Counted from the stretch's first letter, positions 28,811-38,597 are shown. The stretch: 64,000 bases of DNA from an uncultured SAR116 cluster alpha proteobacterium (GCA_902539295.1 CACBIM010000007.1:31837-95836); one strand, 5' to 3'. The notes: generated from the sequence alone by a model not told the origin. Translations and numbers: made by a program.

Positions 28811-29359
28811 TCATTGTTTTAACAATCTATATATTGTCGATTTTCCTAATGCTAAGGTTAATGATATTTGCGCAATACTCATTCCTCCAGTAAACAATTG
28901 CTTTATTTTCTTCACAACTTTATCGTCAATTGGTTTTCGACCAAATTTTACACCATTATTTTTAGCTTTTTGAATGCCAACAAGTTGTCTCTCTAATCTT
29001 AGATCCATCTCAAATTCAGAAATTAATGACACCATATTATAGAAATCCATCTTCTTATTAGCTGTATTTAAATCCTGTTTTATTACAATAAGATCAACAT
29101 TCTTAACTTCAAGAAAATTTTTGATGTCTTCTAAATGTCTAATACTTCTAGCAAGTTGATTTAATCTTGTGATAACTAATTTATCATTAACTTCTAATGA
29201 TTTAATGCACTCACTTAAGGCAGGTCTATTACCATCAATGCTAGATCTTCTCTCTTTAAATATATTTTCTATATTCAAGCCGTAATCCATTAGACAATGT
29301 ACTTGCTGCTCTAATGTCTCACTAGAGCGACCTTCTCTTGCGTAACCAATTAACTTCAT
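28811..29359 (-). CDS. serine recombinase (resolvase/invertase) homologue with substituted catalytic residues
   Basis: Resolvase N-domain (MKLIGYAR.., LVITRLNQLARS, ERQLVGIQKAKNNGVKFGRKP) plus C-terminal HTH (MSIAQISLTLALGKSTIYRLL). Nucleophile position is Gly; see findings. Confidence 0.8.
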   Translation of the reverse strand: MKLIGYAREGRSSETLEQQVHCLMDYGLNIENIFKERRSSIDGNRPALSECIKSLEVNDKLVITRLNQLARSIRHLEDIKNFLEVKNVDLIVIKQDLNTANKKMDFYNMVSLISEFEMDLRLERQLVGIQKAKNNGVKFGRKPIDDKVVKKIKQLFTGGMSIAQISLTLALGKSTIYRLLKQ

Positions 29360-29428
29360 TTCTTTAAACCTTTTAATAATTTAGAGAATTATTATATAAA
29401 CGAATTAATTTTAATAAATTTTAGTAAT

Positions 29429-29845
29429 TTAAAAGTGTGTAAACATAGTGAGCCTATTAAGAAAAATTATCTGAAAAATCATTGTTATTAAACAAAGCAA
29501 GGAAATATGCCAAGACAATGTCCTAATCCATTTCCAGTTAAAAATGTAACTAGGTGCATGAATAAATCTTGACCACAACCATATAAGTGCTGCGTGCTGT
29601 AGTGGTATTCCCATTGTTATTCCTAATGTACACAGTGTAAGGAAAATAGGGTATGTTTCTTTATAATTTTCAAAAGCCAAGGTAGCAATTTTAGCTTGCA
29701 ATCCTTTTTCAGGTAAATTGTGGCGACCATCAACAAAGTTTAATATAGTTAAATTTTTTTCTGTTATCCAAAAATAGATTGGAAGGTAAGCAAGGAACAA
29801 AAAAAATAACATACTTATAATTAATATTAATAACGTATCTGGCAT
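29429..29845 (-). CDS. MAPEG-like small membrane protein
   Basis: 138 aa, about 4 TM segments. The AFENYKETYPIFL motif resembles the MAPEG N..E..P.F signature. Confidence 0.5.
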   Translation of the reverse strand: MPDTLLILIISMLFFLFLAYLPIYFWITEKNLTILNFVDGRHNLPEKGLQAKIATLAFENYKETYPIFLTLCTLGITMGIPLQHAALIWLWSRFIHAPSYIFNWKWIRTLSWHISLLCLITMIFQIIFLNRLTMFTHF

Positions 29846-29905
29846 TAGCGTCCTCTTGTAAAATTAGGTTTTAATCACCATATTTATATTATATAGGAGG
29901 GTTTT

Positions 29906-30067
29906 ATGAATATTTTTTCAAGTTTAAACCCAGTTTTTATTTTTATCTTATTAATTCTGGGATATCTTACATTTTTAGTGTTGTTTTCATCTCATCAAGT
30001 AGATAATTATCAATATTTTAATCATTTTTTCTGCTCTGGTTGGGCAGGTAATTGCATTACAAAATAA
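29906..30067 (+). CDS. small (53 aa) membrane peptide, hypothetical
   Basis: Not in the ORF track. AGGAGG (29895-29900) sits 5 nt before the ATG. Product: MNIFSSLNPVFIFILLILGYLTFLVLFSSHQVDNYQYFNHFFCSGWAGNCITK. Confidence 0.45.
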   Translation: MNIFSSLNPVFIFILLILGYLTFLVLFSSHQVDNYQYFNHFFCSGWAGNCITK

Positions 30068-30149
30068 TTAGATTTAGATGAATTAAATTTTCTGGATTTT
30101 ATTAAATTTCTAGTAAATAATTAATAATTATTATTGTTAGAGGTTTAAA

Positions 30150-31250
30150 ATGCATCTGAAAAATATTTCGCTTACAACTGAGGGCCTAAATATAGAATTC
30201 CAAAATGGAGCTAAAGACTGTTTTCCTTATCTATGGCTTAGAGATCATTGCAAAGATGTAGAAAATTGGGACGAAAGAAGTCACCAGAGAAAATTATTTA
30301 CAGCTTTAGTAGATCCAAATATTCAAATTGAAGAAACTAAGATCATTGAAGATAATAAAACAGTTGAAGTTAAATGGCCTGATATGAGTAAAACTGTGCA
30401 TTATTCAGGTGATTTCTTATATAAAAATTCTTTAGTAAACACTTCTTTGGTTAGCGACAAAATTTTATGGGATAAGAAAACTATCAATAATGTTGAATTA
30501 GAAATTAAATTTGATGAACTAGCCAAGGATGAAGGATTTAAAAATTTACTTCAAACAATAAAAATCTATGGATTTTCAATTATAAATAACTGTCCTACAG
30601 AAATTAAAACAGTTGAGTATATAGCTAACAAAATCGGATATGTAAGAAATTCAATTTTTGGAGACTTATGGAGCTTTGAATCTAATACAGAAATGGCGGA
30701 CAGTGCTTACACTCAAGAAGAATTGCGTCCGCATACAGACGGAACTTACAATCATGATGCACCAGGGCTGCAACTTCTTTTATGCTGCGAATATGAAGCT
30801 GAGGGGGGTGAGTCAATAATGGTTGATGGTTTCAAAATTGCCCAAATACTAAAAGAAAATGATAAGATCTGTTATGATATATTAAGTGAAATTGATATAC
30901 CCGGAAGATACTATGGCGATGGAGTTGAATTAATTGCAAAAAGGCCTGTCTTTAAATCTAGGAACCAAGAATTAATTCAAGTTAGTTTTAATAATTACGA
31001 TCGAGGCGATTTTAGACTGCCTAATAATAAAATACATGATTTTTATACTGCTATAAGAAAATTTGATAAACTTGCAAATGATAAAGAAATGCAATGGAGA
31101 CAAATTCTAAAGCCAGGGCAACTATTAATTTTTAACAATTGGAGAGTTTTGCATGGGAGAAGTGAATTTAGCGGAAAGAGAAAAATGTCTGGCTGTTATA
31201 TAAATAAAGAAGACTTTGAGAGCGTTTGTAGGATTAATAGTGTATTATAA
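30150..31250 (+). CDS. gamma-butyrobetaine / trimethyllysine dioxygenase family 2OG-Fe(II) oxygenase
   Basis: N-terminal DUF971-like FPYLWLRDHC. Catalytic PHTDGTY (HxD), GGESIMVDGF and FNNWRVLHGR closely parallel human BBOX1 motifs. Confidence 0.85.
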   Translation: MHLKNISLTTEGLNIEFQNGAKDCFPYLWLRDHCKDVENWDERSHQRKLFTALVDPNIQIEETKIIEDNKTVEVKWPDMSKTVHYSGDFLYKNSLVNTSLVSDKILWDKKTINNVELEIKFDELAKDEGFKNLLQTIKIYGFSIINNCPTEIKTVEYIANKIGYVRNSIFGDLWSFESNTEMADSAYTQEELRPHTDGTYNHDAPGLQLLLCCEYEAEGGESIMVDGFKIAQILKENDKICYDILSEIDIPGRYYGDGVELIAKRPVFKSRNQELIQVSFNNYDRGDFRLPNNKIHDFYTAIRKFDKLANDKEMQWRQILKPGQLLIFNNWRVLHGRSEFSGKRKMSGCYINKEDFESVCRINSVL

Positions 31251-31264
31251 ATGTAAACTTTAAA

Positions 31265-32623
31265 TTACGAATAGTAAAACTTTAATATATTTGAATTCTT
31301 TAAATATAGTATTGATAAAATACCAGACAAAATATTTGAGATCATTATCCCTATAAATATTCCGTTTAAACCATAAAAATAGTTTCCAATAATAACTAAA
31401 GGAATGGTTATAATAAACAATCTTGATAAGTATATTAATGTTGCAGTTAAAGGCTTTTGATATCCGTTGAATACTGCGCTAGCTATATTAGACCAACCCC
31501 AGAAAATATAGCTTATTGAAATTATTTTAATATATTCAATTAAATAGCCTTTAACTAAGATATCCGTTGAAAAAAGATTTGAGAATTGCTTTTGAAAAAT
31601 TAATAAAGGTATAGCTACAATTAGGCCCCAAATACCGCTTAGAACTACAGAGTAATTGATTGCGGTATTTATCCTATAGTGTTTGTTAGCTCCAAAATTC
31701 TGTCCTATGAATGGCGTTAATGATGAAGAGATTGCAATAATACCAACGGTGGCAAGAGATTCTATACGCAAACCAACTCCGAATGCTGCAACAGCTTCTG
31801 AACCATGGGATGAAACTATTTTATTTATGTAACCTAAAACAATTGGACTTAACATCATTGTAAATGCAGCTGGTAAACCAATCACAAGAACGGGAAACGA
31901 AAATTTTAATAATTTCATAAATTTAATGCTTGGAAAAGATAAAAGATTTTCATTGCGTATTATCGTAATCATTATATTCATTCCTAGTATATATGAAATG
32001 GTTGTAGCTATTGCTGCACCTTGAATGCCCATGGCGTTCAAAGGTCCCCAACCAAAGATAAATATTGGATCAAGAACAGCATTAGTTAGAGAAGTAATAA
32101 TAATGATACAACTTGGTTTAATGCTATCTCCATTTGCTCTTAAAACTGAATTCCCAATGACTAAACAGGCAAAAAATGGAGAACCTATATACCATATAGA
32201 CATATATTCATTGATAAGTATAAGTGTTTCCCCATTTGCACCAAGAAGAGAAAAGATATAATTATTTAAAAGGAAACTTAAAATTGATAGCAAAACCATA
32301 AGTAAAAAAATTAAAACCATTACATTTGATACGGTTTTTTTTGCTTTATATAAATCACCTTGGCCAATATATTTAGAAACTGTCGCTGAGATTCCAATAG
32401 CTATACCTATATTAAAACTCATGAGTGTAAATAAAACAGGAAAAGCATATGATATTGCTGATAATTCTAAGACACCAAGTTTTCCTATATAATAAGCGTC
32501 AACAAGGTTGATAACTAACAAAGAAAACATACCTATTGACATTGGAATTATCAAAGACAACAAAGCCTTTAATATATTTCCGTTAATAATTAATTCTGAT
32601 TTACTGTTTACTCTATTAACCAC
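31265..32623 (-). CDS. MATE family efflux transporter
   Basis: 452 aa with 12 predicted TM segments and a MATE-like N-terminus (ILKALLSLIIPMSIGMFS..). Confidence 0.85.
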   Translation of the reverse strand: MVNRVNSKSELIINGNILKALLSLIIPMSIGMFSLLVINLVDAYYIGKLGVLELSAISYAFPVLFTLMSFNIGIAIGISATVSKYIGQGDLYKAKKTVSNVMVLIFLLMVLLSILSFLLNNYIFSLLGANGETLILINEYMSIWYIGSPFFACLVIGNSVLRANGDSIKPSCIIIITSLTNAVLDPIFIFGWGPLNAMGIQGAAIATTISYILGMNIMITIIRNENLLSFPSIKFMKLLKFSFPVLVIGLPAAFTMMLSPIVLGYINKIVSSHGSEAVAAFGVGLRIESLATVGIIAISSSLTPFIGQNFGANKHYRINTAINYSVVLSGIWGLIVAIPLLIFQKQFSNLFSTDILVKGYLIEYIKIISISYIFWGWSNIASAVFNGYQKPLTATLIYLSRLFIITIPLVIIGNYFYGLNGIFIGIMISNILSGILSILYLKNSNILKFYYS

Positions 32624-32699
32624 AATATAATTGAATAAGTTGTTTGGAATACATAAAGGTATACCTTAAGATAATTAAAAAAAGAACCATCAAAGTAAA

Positions 32700-34106
32700 A
32701 TGGAATTATATAAATTAACTGCATTAGATACTATTAAATTATTAAAGTCTGAAGAAATTTCTCCATTGGATTGCCTTAAGTCATTGCAGAATAGAATTAC
32801 AGAAGTCGATCAGCACATAAACGCATTACCAACGCTTTGTTTTGATAGGGCAGAAAAAAAAGCTAAAAAAATTATGAGAAAAACAATTGATGACAGGGGA
32901 GAGTTGTATGGTCTGCCCATAGTGGTTAAAGATTTGATTGATGTTTCGGGAGTTAAATGTACTAGCGGCTCACTAATATTTAAAGATAGAGTTGCAGAAC
33001 AATCAGATATATTAGTAGAGAATATTGAAAATAATTCAGGTTTAATTTATGCGATGTCAAATACTCCAGAGTTTGGAGCTGGAGGAAATACTTTCAACGA
33101 AGTGTTTGGTAAAACTCTTAACCCATGGGATTTATCCAAATCTGTAGCTGGATCTTCGGGAGGTTCAGCAGCAGCTCTCGCAACTGGAATGGCCTGGTTA
33201 GCACACGGTTCTGATTATGGAGGGAGTTTGAGAAGCCCTGCAAGTTTTTGTTCAATTGTAGGAATGAGACCGTCACCAGGAAGAATTGCGAGTAATGTTT
33301 CAGGAATTTTGGATCAAACACTAGGTGTAAACGGTCCAATGGCAAGGAATGTGAAAGACCTCGCTTTATTTTTTGATGTTTTATTAGGGCAAACGTATAA
33401 GGACCCTACGTCAATTCCCAAAGAAGAAAAGTCATTTTTAGATAATGTGCTAGAAGCAAAGAAGCCAAGAAAAGTTGCTATAAGCCAAGATTTGGGCATT
33501 CCTCCAGTCGACCCAACAATTAGAGAATTTGTTGTGAAAGCTGGAAAAGAATTAGAAAAGTTAGGTATTGTTGTTGAAGAGGCTACGCCAGATCTATCAG
33601 AGGCGACATATGTATCTCAAATTTTAAGGGCATTTTCATTTTATGTAAACCTAAAATCACAATATTTAGAAAATAAAAAATATCTTAAAGAAGATATAAT
33701 ATGGAACATTGAAAAGGGAATGTCATTGACTGTTGATGATATCGCGAACGCAAACATAAAAAGAGTTCAAATCTTTAATAATATGCAAGACTTTTTTGAT
33801 CAATATGATCTCTTAATTTGCCCTTCTACAATTGTTACTCCATTTCCTGTAGAGCAAACCTATGTCAAATCCTGTGACGGTATTAATTTTTCAAATTATA
33901 TAGAATGGTTGAATATTGTTTCGGCTGTCACTTTAACTGGTTCACCGGCATTATCTTTGCCATATGGCTTCACACCTGATGGCCTTCCTGTTGGTTTGCA
34001 AGTTATATCAAGGTTTAGAAATGAAAGAGATTTGTTGTCAGGAGCAGCATTCATTGAATCAAATATAAATTTTAAAAATTACTTACCTATCGATGTGAAG
34101 TATTAA
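32700..34106 (+). CDS. amidase-signature family amidase (second copy)
   Basis: GSSGGSAAALATGMAWLAHGSDYGGSLRSPASFCSIVGMRPS. Confidence 0.9.
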   Translation: MELYKLTALDTIKLLKSEEISPLDCLKSLQNRITEVDQHINALPTLCFDRAEKKAKKIMRKTIDDRGELYGLPIVVKDLIDVSGVKCTSGSLIFKDRVAEQSDILVENIENNSGLIYAMSNTPEFGAGGNTFNEVFGKTLNPWDLSKSVAGSSGGSAAALATGMAWLAHGSDYGGSLRSPASFCSIVGMRPSPGRIASNVSGILDQTLGVNGPMARNVKDLALFFDVLLGQTYKDPTSIPKEEKSFLDNVLEAKKPRKVAISQDLGIPPVDPTIREFVVKAGKELEKLGIVVEEATPDLSEATYVSQILRAFSFYVNLKSQYLENKKYLKEDIIWNIEKGMSLTVDDIANANIKRVQIFNNMQDFFDQYDLLICPSTIVTPFPVEQTYVKSCDGINFSNYIEWLNIVSAVTLTGSPALSLPYGFTPDGLPVGLQVISRFRNERDLLSGAAFIESNINFKNYLPIDVKY

Positions 34107-35077
34107 AGCTTACCATCCCAGTAAAATTGATATAATAGAGTCTTTTGTAAAAAATTGAAATTTTCATCTGATAATATGAAAATATAATATCCACCATCAT
34201 TAAGTTTTAAAAATGAAATTCCTTCAAAATTATCTACGACCATAGGTGGCTTTAAAGTGTCTAAAGTTAATGGCAATGTCACTGAATTTGGTTCTAAATC
34301 TTCATATTTAATTACAGAAATTCGAGCAGATGCACCCCTTACAGGTGAGAAACTTCTTTCTAGTAAAAGAATGTTCCCATCAGGAAGACTAGACATATCA
34401 GTGGGTTTGAAGGATCCTCTCTTTCTAACATAAACTTTTTTTAGTTTATTATCTGATAGTAAGTATCCTGCAATTTTATCATCAGGATGGATTAAATTTT
34501 CAGAAAGCAAAAAAATTGAATTATTTTTTAGTGGTGCCATCGCTTCAATACCACCATTGTCAGGTAAATCTAGATACTTTATTTTGTCATAAAAAGTTTC
34601 TGAATGTGAATAGATATTATTGAAAATTAAAATTCTGTGTTTCCTCTCAAAGCTAACAACAAATTTATCATTATAAGGTTCTATGGATTCTGCGTCGGTA
34701 TATGATTTTCCAAGCTTGTAAAGAGGATTGTTTTCATTGCCTTTCAAGTGTCCTAATCTCCCATTAATTATTTCAACCAGTTTCCCGTTTTCATTAATTT
34801 TGATTTTCCCTGTAAGCCAAATACCCTGATCACCAACAGCAATTAGGGATTTATCCTCATTTATTATTAGCCCAGATAATCCACCAAAATCAGGATGATT
34901 GCTTTTTATTTCAATTCCTGAAACAAACTTTAATTTATTCAATGAGATATTTTCGAGGTCAGTTGGAAATAAATTAATTTTAGAGTTTTTTAAATCTACA
35001 GGTGTTCCCAGCTCTGTCGCTAATGCATTTGTAAAAAAGGAAAGAAATACAAGAGATAAAAAATATTTTTTAATCAT
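34103..35077 (-). CDS. secreted phytase-like esterase family protein
   Basis: Signal peptide MIKKYFLSLVFLSFFTNALA. The DFGGLSGL motif and beta-propeller-like repeats resemble the esterase-like phytase family. Confidence 0.6.
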   Translation of the reverse strand: MIKKYFLSLVFLSFFTNALATELGTPVDLKNSKINLFPTDLENISLNKLKFVSGIEIKSNHPDFGGLSGLIINEDKSLIAVGDQGIWLTGKIKINENGKLVEIINGRLGHLKGNENNPLYKLGKSYTDAESIEPYNDKFVVSFERKHRILIFNNIYSHSETFYDKIKYLDLPDNGGIEAMAPLKNNSIFLLSENLIHPDDKIAGYLLSDNKLKKVYVRKRGSFKPTDMSSLPDGNILLLERSFSPVRGASARISVIKYEDLEPNSVTLPLTLDTLKPPMVVDNFEGISFLKLNDGGYYIFILSDENFNFLQKTLLYQFYWDGKL

Positions 35078-35144
35078 ATACCATATAGACTTATCATTTT
35101 ATATTTACAATATAATCACTAGCACAAATGTTAAAAAGTATAAT

Positions 35145-35495
35145 ATGGAATTAATTTTTATATACAATGCTCAAAAAGGTCGATTAAACAGTTTAATCGA
35201 TTATATCCACAAAACAGTATCTCCTGGAACATACTCTTGTAATTTATGTGCCATCACGCACAATTTTAAGAAAAAAATAAAATGGGATAATTTTATACAA
35301 AATTTCCCACATAAAATTAAATTTTACTACAAAGATCATCTTAATGATTTAAAATTAAACAATTATAAGAATGAATTGCCCTGTTGTCTAATTTATAAAG
35401 ATGAAAAATACTCCTTATTAATTAATAAAACCACTATGAAAATTTTAAAAAATGAAGAAGAACTAATTGAACTTATAAAATCCAAATTTACTTAA
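35145..35495 (+). CDS. conserved hypothetical CxxC protein
   Basis: MELIFIYNAQKGRLNSLIDYIHKTVSPGTYSCNLCAITH.. The ATG at 35145 avoids overlap with the minus-strand gene. The upstream part of ORF 34899..35495 is antisense to a real gene. Confidence 0.6.
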   Translation: MELIFIYNAQKGRLNSLIDYIHKTVSPGTYSCNLCAITHNFKKKIKWDNFIQNFPHKIKFYYKDHLNDLKLNNYKNELPCCLIYKDEKYSLLINKTTMKILKNEEELIELIKSKFT

Positions 35496-35974
35496 TGTTC
35501 AATATAATATTACATCATCCCCAAATTCCTCCAAACACTGGCAATATAATTAGATTATGTGCCAACACAGGATGTAGATTGCATTTAATAAAACCATTAG
35601 GATTTGACATAGATGAAAAATCCTTCAGGAGAGCAGGGCTAGATTATCATAATGAAAATATTTTAAGATCCTATGATAATCTTAATGTATGCCTAACCGA
35701 ACTTAAAAGTCAAAATGTATATGCGGTGACAAAATTTGGATCAACAAACTTTACTCATGTAAAGTTTAGTATTGGTGATACATTAATTTTTGGATCAGAA
35801 ACGAAAGGGTTGCCAAACGATGTATTAAATAAATTTTTGGAAGGTAATAAACTTTTTATTCCAATGGTAAAAAATTCCAGAAGTCTGAATTTAAGTAATG
35901 CGGTAAGTATTGTTATTTACGAAGCTTGGAGACAGCAAAAATTTAAAAATTCAGAGTTGTTTAATGAAAAATAA
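35495..35974 (+). CDS. trmL: tRNA (cytidine/uridine-2'-O)-methyltransferase TrmL (SpoU family)
   Basis: MFNIILHHPQIPPNTGNIIRLCANTG..LIKPLGF..RAGLDYH and the C-terminal LNLSNAVSIVIYE knot motif. TAATG overlap with the upstream gene. Confidence 0.92.
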   Translation: MFNIILHHPQIPPNTGNIIRLCANTGCRLHLIKPLGFDIDEKSFRRAGLDYHNENILRSYDNLNVCLTELKSQNVYAVTKFGSTNFTHVKFSIGDTLIFGSETKGLPNDVLNKFLEGNKLFIPMVKNSRSLNLSNAVSIVIYEAWRQQKFKNSELFNEK

Positions 35975-36989
35975 AGATTTAAAAGAATATAAAATTAAGC
36001 CACCTTCAAAATATAAATTCACTAAAATAATTGATGACCTTTATTGGGCGAGGTTACCTCTTCCATTTAGATTGGACCATGTAAATATTTTTGCAATACG
36101 TAGCGTCGAAGGGTTAGTCATTGTAGATACAGGCCTAAATAACTTTGAAACAATGACATGCTGGAACAGTATTATAAAAAATTTTGAAAAAAAAATTAAA
36201 GTTTCAAAATTATTAATATCTCATCATCACCCTGATCATATAGGACTTTCTAAATTTTTATCAGAAAAATTGAATATTAAAGTTTATGCTCCAAAGAATG
36301 AAATATTAAGAGCTGAAAAAATTATTAATTTAAGTGATAAAGAATATGGGCAAATGTTATCAAATAAATATGAGGAATTTGGGCTTGCTAGAAAAGCAGT
36401 TTTAAACGCTAAGACAAGAGGAAATTTTTATAGATCAATGATAAAAGAAACTCCTTTTATTAAAGGCATTGATAGAAGTTTTTTTATAGAAACTGAATAT
36501 GGAAAATGGAATGTAAGATTTGATACGGGTCACTCTCCTTCGCAATTAAGTTTATATGATGAAGTAAGAAAAATTTATTTATGCTTTGACTTTCTATTGC
36601 CTAGAATTAGTCCCAATATTTCAGTTGGTATTGAGGATAGTGAAAACAATATTTTAGGTAAATATATTAATTATTTGGAAAATGTAAAAAATAATTTTGA
36701 TGAAGAATGGATTGTTTTTCCTGGGCACGAGTTTCCTTACTTTGATCCTGTTAAAAGGGCATCAAGCTTAATTAATCACCACGAAAATCGTTTAGACCTT
36801 CTTTACAAAAGTATTAAAATAAAATCAATTAATGTAAAAACGGCAATGGATTTATTATTTGGCTCGATAAAAAATGACCATGATTTATTTTTTGCTATAT
36901 GTGAAACAAAAGCACATTTGAACCTCTTACTCAATTATAAGAAAATAAATATGAAAAAAATTAACAACCAAATTATTTATTGTAATTAA
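35964..36989 (+). CDS. MBL-fold metallo-hydrolase
   Basis: ISHHHPDHIG motif. I prefer the ATG at 35964 (MKNKDLKEY..) over 35910, which would run deep into trmL. Confidence 0.8.
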   Translation: MKNKDLKEYKIKPPSKYKFTKIIDDLYWARLPLPFRLDHVNIFAIRSVEGLVIVDTGLNNFETMTCWNSIIKNFEKKIKVSKLLISHHHPDHIGLSKFLSEKLNIKVYAPKNEILRAEKIINLSDKEYGQMLSNKYEEFGLARKAVLNAKTRGNFYRSMIKETPFIKGIDRSFFIETEYGKWNVRFDTGHSPSQLSLYDEVRKIYLCFDFLLPRISPNISVGIEDSENNILGKYINYLENVKNNFDEEWIVFPGHEFPYFDPVKRASSLINHHENRLDLLYKSIKIKSINVKTAMDLLFGSIKNDHDLFFAICETKAHLNLLLNYKKINMKKINNQIIYCN

Positions 36990-37002
36990 ACGTAAACAAT
37001 TT

Positions 37003-37890
37003 ATGAATAAAAAAAATTCAATAGATTTTTTTGGAGCTTCTTTGCTAATAATTTTCTCAGTTTTGCTGGGTTTAAATCAGTCACTTGTTAAAATAGTTAA
37101 TTTGGGAATGCATCCTATTTTTCAGGTTGGAATACGCTCTTTAGTAGCTGCTATACCTGTAATAATATTTTGTTTACTTTTTAAAAAAAAACTTTCCATA
37201 TCAGATGGTAGCCTTATTCCAGGTATAATCTGTGGTTCATTATTTGCCCTTGAATTTGTGCTTTTGTTTTTTGCATTAGAATTAACCTCAGTATCTAGAT
37301 CTTCAATTCTATTTTACTCTATGCCTGTATGGTTAGGTATTTGTGCTCATTTCTTATTTGAAGAAGAAAAACTAAATATAAAAAAAATAATTGGTTTTTT
37401 AATTTCAATAGCTGCTGTTACAATTGCTATGTCATCAAAAGCTAATATATCAAACGGGAGCGTCCTAGGTGATATATTTGCTTTATTGGCTAGCTTTTTA
37501 TGGGCTGCAATCATCTTGATGGTAAGAATGACTAACTTAAAAAAATCAACCCCTGAAATGCAACTTCTTTATCAGCTAGTTGTTTCGGCCATCATTATAC
37601 TTCCGTTAACAGCTTACCTAGGTTTTGGCCTGAGAGACATTACGATATCAATAATATTTATTTTTCTTTTCCAGAGCTTAATTATTGTTGCTGCAGGTTT
37701 TCTTATTTGGTTTTGGGTTTTATCTATTTATCCAGCTTCTCTAATGGCCTCATATAGTTTCTTTGGACCTATATTCGGTGTGTTTTTTGGTTGGTTAATA
37801 TTTAAAGAAGAGATAAGTATAACAATAATATTATCTCTTCTTTTTGTAAGCGTTGGTATTTATTTAATTAACTCAAAAAATATAAATTAG
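37003..37890 (+). CDS. DMT-superfamily (EamA-like) transporter
   Basis: 295 aa with 10 TM-like segments in two repeats. Confidence 0.8.
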   Translation: MNKKNSIDFFGASLLIIFSVLLGLNQSLVKIVNLGMHPIFQVGIRSLVAAIPVIIFCLLFKKKLSISDGSLIPGIICGSLFALEFVLLFFALELTSVSRSSILFYSMPVWLGICAHFLFEEEKLNIKKIIGFLISIAAVTIAMSSKANISNGSVLGDIFALLASFLWAAIILMVRMTNLKKSTPEMQLLYQLVVSAIIILPLTAYLGFGLRDITISIIFIFLFQSLIIVAAGFLIWFWVLSIYPASLMASYSFFGPIFGVFFGWLIFKEEISITIILSLLFVSVGIYLINSKNIN

Positions 37891-37894
37891 TTTT

Positions 37895-38563
37895 TTAAGA
37901 TGAGGGATCAGGTACTTTTCTTAAGTATGGCTTAATTGTTTCCCATCCGTCTGGATATATTTTTTCAGCTTCTTCATTTTTTACAGCCGGTAAAATTACT
38001 ACATCCTCTCCTTTTTGCCAATTTGCTGGAGTTGCAACCTTATGATTAGCAGTCAACTGCATTGAGTCTATTGCTCTAAGTATTTCATGAAAATTTCTAC
38101 CAGTTGCCATAGGATATGTAAGATACAAACCAATCCGTTTATCAGGTCTTACAACAAAAACCGTTCTTACTGTTTCGTTATCTACTGCTGTTCTTCCCAT
38201 TGAAGTGGAACCTGCATCGCCTTCAAGCATATTAAACAATTTAGCTACTTTTAAATCTTCATCAGCAATAATTGGATAATTAGGCCTAGTTCCTGAAACG
38301 TCTTGAATATCATCAAGCCATTTATTATGATCATCCACGCCGTCAACACTTAAGCCAATAACTTTAACATTTCTTTTGTCAAAGTCGTCCTTCATAGAAG
38401 CAAGTGAGCCTAACTCAGTTGTGCAAACAGGTGTGAAATCCTTAGGGTGTGAAAATAAAACACCCCAACTATCTCCAAGCCAATCATGAAAAGATATTTC
38501 ACCTTCAGTAGTGTTTGCAGTAAAATCTGGACACATACTGTTTATTTTTAATGTCATAGTCAC
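37895..38563 (-). CDS. 1-Cys peroxiredoxin (Prx6-type)
   Basis: Peroxidatic motif DFTPVCTTELG. 222 aa with the Prx6-like C-terminal extension. Confidence 0.92.
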   Translation of the reverse strand: MTMTLKINSMCPDFTANTTEGEISFHDWLGDSWGVLFSHPKDFTPVCTTELGSLASMKDDFDKRNVKVIGLSVDGVDDHNKWLDDIQDVSGTRPNYPIIADEDLKVAKLFNMLEGDAGSTSMGRTAVDNETVRTVFVVRPDKRIGLYLTYPMATGRNFHEILRAIDSMQLTANHKVATPANWQKGEDVVILPAVKNEEAEKIYPDGWETIKPYLRKVPDPSS

Positions 38564-38597
38564 CCCCCTTATAAATAAATATACAATATAAAATCTC

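Noticed and set aside
15-29359. An integrative genomic island inserted at tRNA-Gly and mobilised by the recombinase at 28811..29359.
   Set aside because: I saw no direct repeat of the tRNA 3' end in the spacers I inspected. The recombinase is about 29 kb from the tRNA, is of the serine type and looks catalytically dead. No phage, conjugation or IS genes are present.
34899-35144. The N-terminal 82 codons of ORF 34899..35495.
   Set aside because: This part is antisense to the signal-peptide end of the phytase-like gene 34103..35077. The conserved-looking CxxC protein starts plausibly at the ATG at 35145.
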